Shown here: piece after piece, positions 57,516 through 64,000 of the stretch
How positions within the stretch are numbered: the first letter of the stretch is position 1
How the letters are laid out: every line of letters begins with the position of its first letter
Virus record (IMG/VR): IMGVR_UViG_3300044949_002421
Location: 800-64,799 of that record
DNA from: a virus
Lineage: Duplodnaviria > Caudoviricetes
Strand: one strand, 5' to 3'
DNA length: 64,000 nt
The notes under the pieces: model-generated
Told to the model about the DNA's origin: nothing
Databases searched by the model: none
Seen by the model: only the letters and a program-made list of their open reading frames with translations
Translations under genes and position numbers: made by a program

Positions 57516-58739
57516 GTGAAGAGGCTCACACTCGGAGGATTCAAAAGAAAGTTCGGCATCACAGGGCTGGACGAAATCGACTCCGACCCAAACACCCTCA
57601 CCGCCTACATCAAGACCCTTCGGGAATATGCGGACGGCGGGTGGATGGAGCAAACCGAGCCAGAAAACTTGGAAAACGGGATCAAACCCAAAAACACAGG
57701 GGGTAATTCTGGCATGAGATTAAGCAAACAACTCCGTGATAGGTGGTATGCACGATGCCTTAACATCAGCGTCAACGAGCTGGACAAGGAAAAGAAACGC
57801 TGGGAAACCCGCAGGGAGAACTGGGGCAAGCTATCCTTTGTCCGACACAACCTGAAGGCCAACAAGGTCAATCCGACCATCGAGGAAAAATACTTCGAGA
57901 CCTTTAAGGGCGACCTTTGCTCGGTTGAGTTGGAATGCGTTTTCGAGAGTGCCGAGATGATCCCCAGCCTCAAATCCGTTGGACGCTACTTGGTCGACAA
58001 GGAGGATGACGGCTCCTTGGAGTATTATCCCCAGCGGGAGGATCGAAACAGGGACGAGGACAACGAGGACGAGTCGGAATGCTCGGATGACTGGGGTGCC
58101 GCCGAGTTCAAAGTCACCTTCCGGCACGAGCGTCCCCTCCGACTCCGATCCGTTGTGGACAAGCTGAATGCTTGCGGTGCGGAGGTGAACACCACTTGCG
58201 GAATGCACCTTCACCTCGACCAGCGGGGCATCTCCTCTGCGATGGCCAGCAAGCGAGCCAAGCGTCTTATCAAATGCCTTCCCGCATTGACGCAGATTGT
58301 GGCTCCCAGCCGTCTTCGAAATAGCTACTGCCATATCAACCGCCCGATCCGTAGGGGCGTGAACTATCGCCACCAGACCAACCGCTACTTGGCGATTAAC
58401 CACGCTTCCGCCTACCTCGAACACACGACAACCGAGAACAGGCTACACGGCGGGACGCTGGACTTCTGGAAAATTATGGGATGGGTCGATCTGAACAAAT
58501 GGATTATGCGGTCGGCCGAGGTCGATGCAGTCGCCGATGCCAACAGCCTACGCCATCCAGAGGGCGAGATTAGCGTCAGCTTCGATGACATGATTCGGTT
58601 CAAAACGCTCCCCGAAACGATCCGCAGTTATATGTGGAGACGCTATCGCCAGTTTCACCCCGCCGAGGCCATTACCCTTCGGGAGAAGTTGCTTCGGGAA
58701 GACCAACACAGGCTTACGGATGGCTACGCCGTCAGCTGA
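57516..58739 (+). CDS. Putative amidoligase (COOH-NH2 ligase, Amidoligase_2); second in-frame start at 57714
   Basis: VELEC, DGSL, EFK, TCGMHLHL, RYLAIN, TTENRLHGGTL. Confidence 0.85.
   Translation: MKRLTLGGFKRKFGITGLDEIDSDPNTLTAYIKTLREYADGGWMEQTEPENLENGIKPKNTGGNSGMRLSKQLRDRWYARCLNISVNELDKEKKRWETRRENWGKLSFVRHNLKANKVNPTIEEKYFETFKGDLCSVELECVFESAEMIPSLKSVGRYLVDKEDDGSLEYYPQREDRNRDEDNEDESECSDDWGAAEFKVTFRHERPLRLRSVVDKLNACGAEVNTTCGMHLHLDQRGISSAMASKRAKRLIKCLPALTQIVAPSRLRNSYCHINRPIRRGVNYRHQTNRYLAINHASAYLEHTTTENRLHGGTLDFWKIMGWVDLNKWIMRSAEVDAVADANSLRHPEGEISVSFDDMIRFKTLPETIRSYMWRRYRQFHPAEAITLREKLLREDQHRLTDGYAVS
57692..57708 (+). promoter_or_regulatory. Early motif (copy 13, intragenic)
   Basis: AAACA caggg GGTAATT ctggc ATG(57714), in frame with 57516. 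Confidence 0.75.
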
Positions 58740-58740
58740 A

Positions 58741-58757
58741 AAACAGAAAGGATAATT
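58741..58757 (+). promoter_or_regulatory. Early motif (copy 14)
   Basis: AAACA gaaag GATAATT aagtt ATG(58763). Confidence 0.75.
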
Positions 58758-58762
58758 AAGTT

Positions 58763-59833
58763 ATGTGCAGACTAATTGGATTCAGCGTTGAGAAACCCCT
58801 TACGAAGGAACAGCTGGAAAAAATGATTAACACCAGCCGTGACCTTCTGAAGGATCAGAAAGACGGATTCGGCTATGCCCTATCGGGCGGGGAGATTGAT
58901 GGCATCACCCATCTTCGCCTTGTGACTGGCTCCCTGCTTGGCTACGGATACGATCCGCTTGGCGAGTGGGAGTCAGTTGCCCGACCCACTTTCGACTCCA
59001 AAGGATTGGTCAAACCCTGCACGGCTGGATTGTTTCACGGACGGACTTCGACCAACGACATTGGGATCAAAAATACCCATCCGTTTGTGAACGATGAGCT
59101 GGCCTTGGCTCACAACGGAATTGTGGATTACACCGGACCGAACAGGAAAAAGATCGGGACTTGCGACAGCGAAGACCTTTTCAATACCTTCACCAAGGGC
59201 AAGGGCTGGAAGGAGCTTTCCAAGTATTACGAGGGCTACGCCGCCCTTCTGATTCTACGCAAGGACGGCCATCTTACCCTATATCGGGACGAGACCCCTT
59301 CCCTCTATGTGATGCGTTTTAATGGCGGGTTTATTGTCTCAACCAGCAGTTATGACGGCACGGAATTGGTCAAAGCGGTCTTCGGGCAAGTTTCGCAAGC
59401 CCCGATCCAGATCAAAGCCAACCATGTAGTCACAACGAAACATGGTGCAATCCTCGACAAGAAGCGGGTCAAACCGATTGCCAGAAAGAGCTACGCCAAA
59501 GACCAGTTGTCCCTTGGATACAGCACAACCTTCGACTACCCCAAAAAGAAAACCAAAGGCGGATGGGCGGACGGCGACAGCGAAGACAGCGGTATCGGGG
59601 ATTACAGCGGGAGCGGGACAGATGCCGACTACCAGAACGGATATGACGAGGGCTACCACGACTCGGTAAACGCCTCTGGCTACTACGAAGACCGAACACA
59701 ATCCAAGAAGTTCCTCGATGGCTACCAAAAGGGCTACCTAGAGGGCGAAAAGGAGATGGCAAAACTCGATGAGGTGGAAGTTGCCGAGGGAGCCGAGGAC
59801 GAGGTGGACGAGCTGGAGGTCGCCAGCCCGTAA
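58763..59833 (+). CDS. Class II (Ntn) glutamine amidotransferase
   Basis: Cys2 (MCRLIG), DGFG, HGRTST, NTHPF, AHNG, DSE; acidic GYxxG-repeat tail. Confidence 0.9.
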   Translation: MCRLIGFSVEKPLTKEQLEKMINTSRDLLKDQKDGFGYALSGGEIDGITHLRLVTGSLLGYGYDPLGEWESVARPTFDSKGLVKPCTAGLFHGRTSTNDIGIKNTHPFVNDELALAHNGIVDYTGPNRKKIGTCDSEDLFNTFTKGKGWKELSKYYEGYAALLILRKDGHLTLYRDETPSLYVMRFNGGFIVSTSSYDGTELVKAVFGQVSQAPIQIKANHVVTTKHGAILDKKRVKPIARKSYAKDQLSLGYSTTFDYPKKKTKGGWADGDSEDSGIGDYSGSGTDADYQNGYDEGYHDSVNASGYYEDRTQSKKFLDGYQKGYLEGEKEMAKLDEVEVAEGAEDEVDELEVASP

Positions 59834-59834
59834 A

Positions 59835-59851
59835 AAACAACGGGGGTAATT
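59835..59851 (+). promoter_or_regulatory. Early motif (copy 15)
   Basis: AAACA acggg GGTAATT taagt ATG(59857). Confidence 0.8.
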
Positions 59852-59856
59852 TAAGT

Positions 59857-60105
59857 ATGACAAATTCAAATAACCTCCAAACCATTCGGAAGAAGCTTGT
59901 CGATGCAGTTGTGGAAGTCGGGAGCTGGAACAATGCGATGATCCAACTCTCCCACAAGCCGAGGAAGGACAGGGACACCGAGCTTGTTGAGATGCTTGAC
60001 CACGCCTACGCCATTCGGGACTACGCCGAGCAGTTGCAAACCCTCCTTCGGGGATACCAGATTCAGAAGGACAAGGTCATCCAAGCGATGGAGATGGCAA
60101 TATGA
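59857..60105 (+). CDS. Hypothetical early protein
   Basis: Motif-led. Confidence 0.65.
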   Translation: MTNSNNLQTIRKKLVDAVVEVGSWNNAMIQLSHKPRKDRDTELVEMLDHAYAIRDYAEQLQTLLRGYQIQKDKVIQAMEMAI

Positions 60106-60296
60106 TCCCCTTCGACACGCTAAAGGGGTGGGTCAGACAGGACTTGACCGAGCTTTCCAAGCTTGGGAGCCGGTTTGCGGACGATGCCGTCAGGGCGGTG
60201 GACTCTGGAAAGTATGACGATGTTATCGGGGATTTTGGAGGCGGGAGTGTCACCGACTTGTCCGACCTAATCATCTCACTTGAGGAAACACGCTAG
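60102..60296 (+). CDS. Hypothetical protein
   Basis: ATGA-coupled. Confidence 0.6.
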   Translation: MIPFDTLKGWVRQDLTELSKLGSRFADDAVRAVDSGKYDDVIGDFGGGSVTDLSDLIISLEETR

Positions 60297-60302
60297 GTAA
60301 TT
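60286..60302 (+). promoter_or_regulatory. Early motif (copy 16)
   Basis: AAACA cgcta GGTAATT cttat ATG(60308). Confidence 0.8.
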
Positions 60303-60307
60303 CTTAT

Positions 60308-60622
60308 ATGAACGACCTAACAGACGACACGAAACTGAATTGTGCGGGCGAATTTATGACGGCCTGCGAAAACTCCCACCAACTCAGCCAAGCAGTTTCA
60401 ATTCTGTCTTCCCTGCTTGATGACGGACTTGTGGGCTTGGAGTTTGTGGAAAACATCGCCGATGCCTTGGCTTACTCGATTGAACAGGCAAAAGAACACT
60501 ACAAGGACATAGAAGATCAAGAGGATCGGGAGAATCTTCAGAGCGAGACACTAAACGGAATCCTTGAGTTTTCCCACGCCTACCTAGCCAAGACTTACGA
60601 GAAGAAGGTTGGGAGGGCTTAA
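60308..60622 (+). CDS. Acidic hypothetical early protein
   Basis: Motif-led. Confidence 0.65.
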   Translation: MNDLTDDTKLNCAGEFMTACENSHQLSQAVSILSSLLDDGLVGLEFVENIADALAYSIEQAKEHYKDIEDQEDRENLQSETLNGILEFSHAYLAKTYEKKVGRA

Positions 60623-60639
60623 AAACATTATGAGTAATT
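60623..60639 (+). promoter_or_regulatory. Early motif (copy 17)
   Basis: AAACA ttatg AGTAATT attat ATG(60645). Confidence 0.7.
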
Positions 60640-60644
60640 ATTAT

Positions 60645-60764
60645 ATGCAAATCAAAGAAACCAAAGAGCAACTATTAGACGGCAGAATCAAAGTCGTCCG
60701 AACCATCAGAAAACCAAACCTATCAGTTGTCGATATTGTGACCTACGAGGGGGCAAGAAAATGA
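60645..60764 (+). CDS. 39-aa hypothetical protein
   Basis: MQIKETKEQLLDGRIKVVRT..; motif-led and ATGA-coupled to the next gene. Confidence 0.6.
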   Translation: MQIKETKEQLLDGRIKVVRTIRKPNLSVVDIVTYEGARK

Positions 60765-61162
60765 GCAAGTCAAAGACCCCAAAAACCGATGTTAGCGACA
60801 GGCTTCTGACCTTTGTATCGGGATGTCTTGGACTTGCGGGGAGCTTTCCAGAAGGCCGAGTGAGCAACGCCTTGGCTGATTCACTCCTAAAGCCATCCGT
60901 TGCCTCTTATTTTCGCCACGGAGAGGCGGAAGGCTCGCCCTCGGCCAAGGAGTTTACGGAGAAATTTCGGGAAGTCTTGAAGGAGCTACGCACAACCCGC
61001 AGGGCTTTGCAGATGATTCAGAAAACAGCCGTGAAAGGATTGATATCGCTGGGTGACTCCTGCGACTTGGATTCGGTAAAGGACTTGCTTGAGCAAGCGG
61101 ACGAGCTTGTGAGGACTTTCTTCCAGTCGGTCAGAGTCCTCGAAAACAAGGTGGGTAATTGA
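60761..61162 (+). CDS. Four-helix-bundle protein (23S rRNA IVP / Avd-related family)
   Basis: DRLLTF..LADSLLK..GEAEGSPSAKEF..KELRTT..L..ADELV. Confidence 0.75.
   Translation: MSKSKTPKTDVSDRLLTFVSGCLGLAGSFPEGRVSNALADSLLKPSVASYFRHGEAEGSPSAKEFTEKFREVLKELRTTRRALQMIQKTAVKGLISLGDSCDLDSVKDLLEQADELVRTFFQSVRVLENKVGN
61144..61160 (+). promoter_or_regulatory. Early motif (copy 18)
   Basis: AAACA aggtg GGTAATT gaatt ATG(61166). Confidence 0.8.
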
Positions 61163-61165
61163 ATT

Positions 61166-61426
61166 ATGAAGCAAAAAACCAACCGACAAATCTTCAAACA
61201 GGCGATTCAAAACTTGGACGACATCACGCTGGCCATCCTTCGGGAGAGGATTCTCTCGATCACCGAGGCCACGCTTCGGGACAAGGAGGAGGTCAAGAAG
61301 CAGATGACTGGCTCCTTCTTCAATCCCGACAGCTGGATTGGGTTTATTGAGAAGATTCACGAACAATTCAAATTCGAGAACAGCGGAAAGTTCTTTTTCA
61401 ACACGCCCACCACAAAGGCCGGATGA
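61166..61426 (+). CDS. Hypothetical early protein
   Basis: Motif-led. Confidence 0.65.
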   Translation: MKQKTNRQIFKQAIQNLDDITLAILRERILSITEATLRDKEEVKKQMTGSFFNPDSWIGFIEKIHEQFKFENSGKFFFNTPTTKAG

Positions 61427-61776
61427 GCAAAAAAGAAATAGATTACTACGGCGATAAGGACAACTACATCCACCTCAAATTCGGGGATTGCAGAAAAGCC
61501 TACAACTTCACAACGGAGTTCAAAAAGGCACATCCAGAATTTGCGGAAAAATATAAGCGATATTGGGATTGGGAGAATGGGGGCTTTGAAGACTTCAAAA
61601 ATCCCTTCCAAGTGGTGGCTTATGCCTTCAAGAAAAACATTCCAGTTCGCTTTTATTACAACTACACGGACGAACCTGCAAAGGGGTATGAGGACATCAT
61701 CGACTACTTGGTGCGAGAAAACACCTTCGTTCCAGATGCGGGAGCAATCCAAGCCAAAAACTTTAAGGGTAATTAA
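61423..61776 (+). CDS. Hypothetical protein
   Basis: ATGA-coupled; aromatic-rich. Confidence 0.6.
   Translation: MSKKEIDYYGDKDNYIHLKFGDCRKAYNFTTEFKKAHPEFAEKYKRYWDWENGGFEDFKNPFQVVAYAFKKNIPVRFYYNYTDEPAKGYEDIIDYLVRENTFVPDAGAIQAKNFKGN
61758..61774 (+). promoter_or_regulatory. Early motif (copy 19)
   Basis: AAACT ttaag GGTAATT aaggt ATG(61780). Confidence 0.75.
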
Positions 61777-61779
61777 GGT

Positions 61780-62082
61780 ATGAACCCCAAAATCAAAGAA
61801 GCGATCAAAAAAGAATTAGACCCTATTGATGTCGAGCAACGCTATCGGGACTTGCTCGATGAAGTGTATCCAGAGGTCAAAATAGGATACGCAACCTATT
61901 CCCCTTCCCAAATCGTGGAAGAGCTTTCTCCCACGGACTTTAGGGTCGGGGTAGCCGACTACACAGGAACCGAGGAAAACCTTACCGAGGTGGACGGCGA
62001 GTATTACGACACAAGCGAGGTGGATGAAATCACGGAACGAATCGAGGACGAGGAAGTCAAAACACAAGGCGAAGACCAATGA
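61780..62082 (+). CDS. Acidic early protein
   Basis: YRDLLDEVYPEVKIG..YSPS..PTDFR pattern; very E/D-rich. Confidence 0.7.
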   Translation: MNPKIKEAIKKELDPIDVEQRYRDLLDEVYPEVKIGYATYSPSQIVEELSPTDFRVGVADYTGTEENLTEVDGEYYDTSEVDEITERIEDEEVKTQGEDQ

Positions 62083-62237
62083 CTTGGGAGGAGCGAGTCA
62101 CACAACTGGAGGAGCAAGGCCTCACACGGAGCGATGCACAGGGAGCCGTTGATGTCGAAATTCTGGAGGGATGGAGGCCAAGCGATTTTCAGCCGTGGAT
62201 GTTATGCCAGAAAACAGCCGAGGTAATTAGGGTATGA
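62079..62237 (+). CDS. 52-aa hypothetical protein
   Basis: MTWEERVTQLEEQGLTRSDAQG; ATGA-coupled on both sides. Confidence 0.6.
   Translation: MTWEERVTQLEEQGLTRSDAQGAVDVEILEGWRPSDFQPWMLCQKTAEVIRV
62212..62228 (+). promoter_or_regulatory. Early motif (copy 20)
   Basis: AAACA gccga GGTAATT agggt ATG(62234). Confidence 0.8.
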
Positions 62238-62383
62238 ACAATACAACCACAACCATCACAGACGGCGAAAAAGAGCAGAACAAGCGGATCAAAGCCAACT
62301 TGGCAGAGGTGGATTGGACTCACACCTCACTTGAGGAGTTGGAGGATGTTTTCGAGGACAGAGACCCCTTGGAATTCCTTTGA
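62234..62383 (+). CDS. 49-aa acidic protein
   Basis: Motif-led MNNTTTTITDG...DPLEFL. Confidence 0.6.
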   Translation: MNNTTTTITDGEKEQNKRIKANLAEVDWTHTSLEELEDVFEDRDPLEFL

Positions 62384-62407
62384 TCGGGGAAAACAAGAGA
62401 ACCCAAG

Positions 62408-62424
62408 AAACATCCAAGGTAATT
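62408..62424 (+). promoter_or_regulatory. Early motif (copy 21)
   Basis: AAACA tccaa GGTAATT aggat ATG(62430). Confidence 0.8.
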
Positions 62425-62429
62425 AGGAT

Positions 62430-62846
62430 ATGAACGAAACCAACCAGCAGATCGCAAATGTCGCCAAGGAAGCGATTGAGAAAATCCTCACCCTTCTGGA
62501 AACGACACAAACCCCAACCGAAACCCAAGACCAAGAGACGATTGAACGGCATCGTGAAAGCGTTATCGATAAGGCGGTCGATTCGATCCTTGAGGATTCG
62601 AGCCAGATTAAGGACGACATCGTGGACAAGGTCGCCGACTCGATCGACAACTCCGACATAAGCGACTCCGTTTATGACCGCCTCGATGTTGACGACATTG
62701 TCAGCGGGGTGGCCGAGCGGATCGATGACGATGAGGTCGCCCAGAAGGTGGCCGAGAACCTCGACACCGATTCGACAGAATTCTACCGCAATCTTGCAAA
62801 GGGCTTGCTGGAGGTGATTAGGGAGGAGGCGAAAGTATCCGCCTAA
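62430..62846 (+). CDS. Highly acidic protein with ~13-aa repeats
   Basis: [IL]DxxD[IV]xxxVAxx units. Confidence 0.7.
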   Translation: MNETNQQIANVAKEAIEKILTLLETTQTPTETQDQETIERHRESVIDKAVDSILEDSSQIKDDIVDKVADSIDNSDISDSVYDRLDVDDIVSGVAERIDDDEVAQKVAENLDTDSTEFYRNLAKGLLEVIREEAKVSA

Positions 62847-62887
62847 ACTTGGGGGATCGGGGTGGGAGGTGACTAACCACGCCCGAA

Positions 62888-62904
62888 AAACGCCAAGGGT
62901 AATT
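62888..62904 (+). promoter_or_regulatory. Early motif (copy 22)
   Basis: AAACG ccaag GGTAATT aaagc ATG(62910). Confidence 0.75.
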
Positions 62905-62909
62905 AAAGC

Positions 62910-63068
62910 ATGAACAACCTAACCGAAATCTACTGGATGCTTGAAAACTGCACGGATGAAATCAATCGGGTCGATGCCTTTGACCGACTCTTAAACGAGA
63001 TCGGAACCTCGACACGAGTCCACCGCACGATTGGGCGGGTGGAGGAGCTGGCCATAGGGGTCGAATGA
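62910..63068 (+). CDS. 52-aa hypothetical protein
   Basis: Motif-led MNNLTEIYWMLE... Confidence 0.6.
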   Translation: MNNLTEIYWMLENCTDEINRVDAFDRLLNEIGTSTRVHRTIGRVEELAIGVE

Positions 63069-63232
63069 TGAGCGTATTATCACAGGACGCTTGGAAATAT
63101 GCCGAAGGCGACCCGAGACGAGACCTTTTTCCCAGTAAATGGGACAACGAACTCCCCCCGAAGGAATGGCAGTCGATCCTGCTCCCCCAAGGCGGGGAAA
63201 AGGGGAATCCCAAAAACATCACAGGTAATTAA
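63065..63232 (+). CDS. 55-aa hypothetical protein
   Basis: ATGA-coupled; stop lies at the next motif. Confidence 0.5.
   Translation: MMSVLSQDAWKYAEGDPRRDLFPSKWDNELPPKEWQSILLPQGGEKGNPKNITGN
63214..63230 (+). promoter_or_regulatory. Early motif (copy 23)
   Basis: AAACA tcaca GGTAATT aagac ATG(63236). Confidence 0.8.
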
Positions 63233-63235
63233 GAC

Positions 63236-63454
63236 ATGAGCAAAAAACACTTCGAAAAACTGGCCGTAATGGTCGCCAGCATCAAAGACCAGATTGAAAA
63301 GGAAACGATGACCGAAAGAATGATCGAATTCTGTAGGGAAATGAACCCCAACTTCTCCCCCTACCGATTTAAAGAGGCAGTCAACGACCTCTCTTTAGGA
63401 GTCCGCCCTTGCGGATTCTCCAAGGCAACCTTTGAAGGGATTGCCCGCAAATGA
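63236..63454 (+). CDS. Conserved small phage early protein
   Basis: MSKKHFEKLA..NPNFxxxRF pattern. Confidence 0.7.
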   Translation: MSKKHFEKLAVMVASIKDQIEKETMTERMIEFCREMNPNFSPYRFKEAVNDLSLGVRPCGFSKATFEGIARK

Positions 63455-63639
63455 TCCCCCAAGTCGATCCCCCTTGGAAATGGGGCGTTTATACTGGGAA
63501 GGGAGTCGCCGAACCTCCAAAGCCTCGCACACGCGAAGGGGGGGAGGTAAACCCCGACTGGACTTGTGAGGAGCGAGGGAACGGAGTTGTCTTGAGTAGT
63601 TTTTCAAAAGGGAACCCTACCGAAAAACAGACAGGGTAA
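63451..63639 (+). CDS. Hypothetical protein
   Basis: ATGA-coupled; stop inside the next motif. Confidence 0.45.
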   Translation: MIPQVDPPWKWGVYTGKGVAEPPKPRTREGGEVNPDWTCEERGNGVVLSSFSKGNPTEKQTG

Positions 63640-63641
63640 TT
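63625..63641 (+). promoter_or_regulatory. Early motif (copy 24)
   Basis: AAACA gacag GGTAATT aaggt ATG(63647). Confidence 0.8.
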
Positions 63642-63646
63642 AAGGT

Positions 63647-63895
63647 ATGCAAACATTCACCAAGTCAGCATCAAAGAAGTCAGTCAAAGAGTTTGTCAAC
63701 GAGGCGAAGCGGGTGGGCTACTCTGTAAAGGGTGGCATCAGTAAGGCCAAGCTTGAGGTCTTTACCGATGAATGCGAACAGCATCCCGCAGGGGAGCTGG
63801 TCTTTAAGGCAATCGCCCCCTTCCCTAATTCGAGCTTCTGGCTGATGACATTCAACGCCGAGTATTGGAAAGAGGGAGCCACAGCGACAGCGTAG
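63647..63895 (+). CDS. Hypothetical early protein
   Basis: Motif-led. Confidence 0.65.
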   Translation: MQTFTKSASKKSVKEFVNEAKRVGYSVKGGISKAKLEVFTDECEQHPAGELVFKAIAPFPNSSFWLMTFNAEYWKEGATATA

Positions 63896-64000
63896 GCCAC
63901 CCCGACCCACCCCCGAAATCGGGCTCTGGGTCACTAGCGGGTAGCGGAATAAAAAAAAGTATGGGACCCACCCCGCCCCCCCCCAGTGTTTTTTGGGGGT

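Larger units (their letters stand above)
1..64000. mobile_element. Tailed dsDNA bacteriophage genome (Caudoviricetes), near-complete and permuted
   Basis: TerL, portal, scaffold, MCP, tail fibre, lysis and replication modules; no host housekeeping genes; the same early-gene motif occurs at both window ends. Confidence 0.96.

Noticed and set aside
60761-61162. Diversity-generating retroelement suggested by the Avd-like gene
   Set aside because: No reverse transcriptase seen, and no TR/VR pair with adenine-specific mismatches; the 55-bp duplication at 55814/56316 is at a gene 5' end and its mismatches are not A-specific
51635-63641. Early motif array read as a CRISPR array or integron attC array
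   Set aside because: Only 12 conserved bases, non-palindromic, with gene-sized irregular spacing; no cas1/cas2 or tyrosine integrase
1-64000. tRNA/rRNA genes, DNA or RNA polymerase, stop-codon recoding
   Set aside because: No cloverleaf or polymerase motifs recognised by eye; long genes are intact under the standard code with all three stops in use

Overview
The whole window is a tailed dsDNA phage genome that is nearly complete and circularly permuted: the early-gene region runs off the right end and continues at the left end. It looks podovirus-like, since I could not recognise a tape-measure or tail-tube gene. Layout: early cassettes and a serine recombinase (0.3-3 kb); tail fibre, TerL, a 4428-aa polyvalent internal protein, portal, tail/structural proteins, scaffold, major capsid and adaptors (3.8-36 kb); three unusual Ser-rich proteins (36-39 kb); lysis genes (holin, candidate u-spanin, secreted CHAP endolysin); a leftward sigma70-driven replication/recombination operon (42-50 kb); and about 40 mostly short early genes (51-64 kb). 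Two signals stand out. (1) 24 copies of a fixed-geometry motif AAACA-N5-GGTAATT-N5(6)-ATG sit directly in front of early genes, which lack Shine-Dalgarno sites; this looks like an uncharacterised leaderless promoter or cassette-boundary system. (2) A domain appears to be split between a protein with an acidic ~170-aa low-complexity arm (plus a paralog) and a protein with an unbroken (Ser-X)83 arm, possibly forming a very long beta-barrel ejection tube. All family assignments are from motif recognition by eye; no database search was run.
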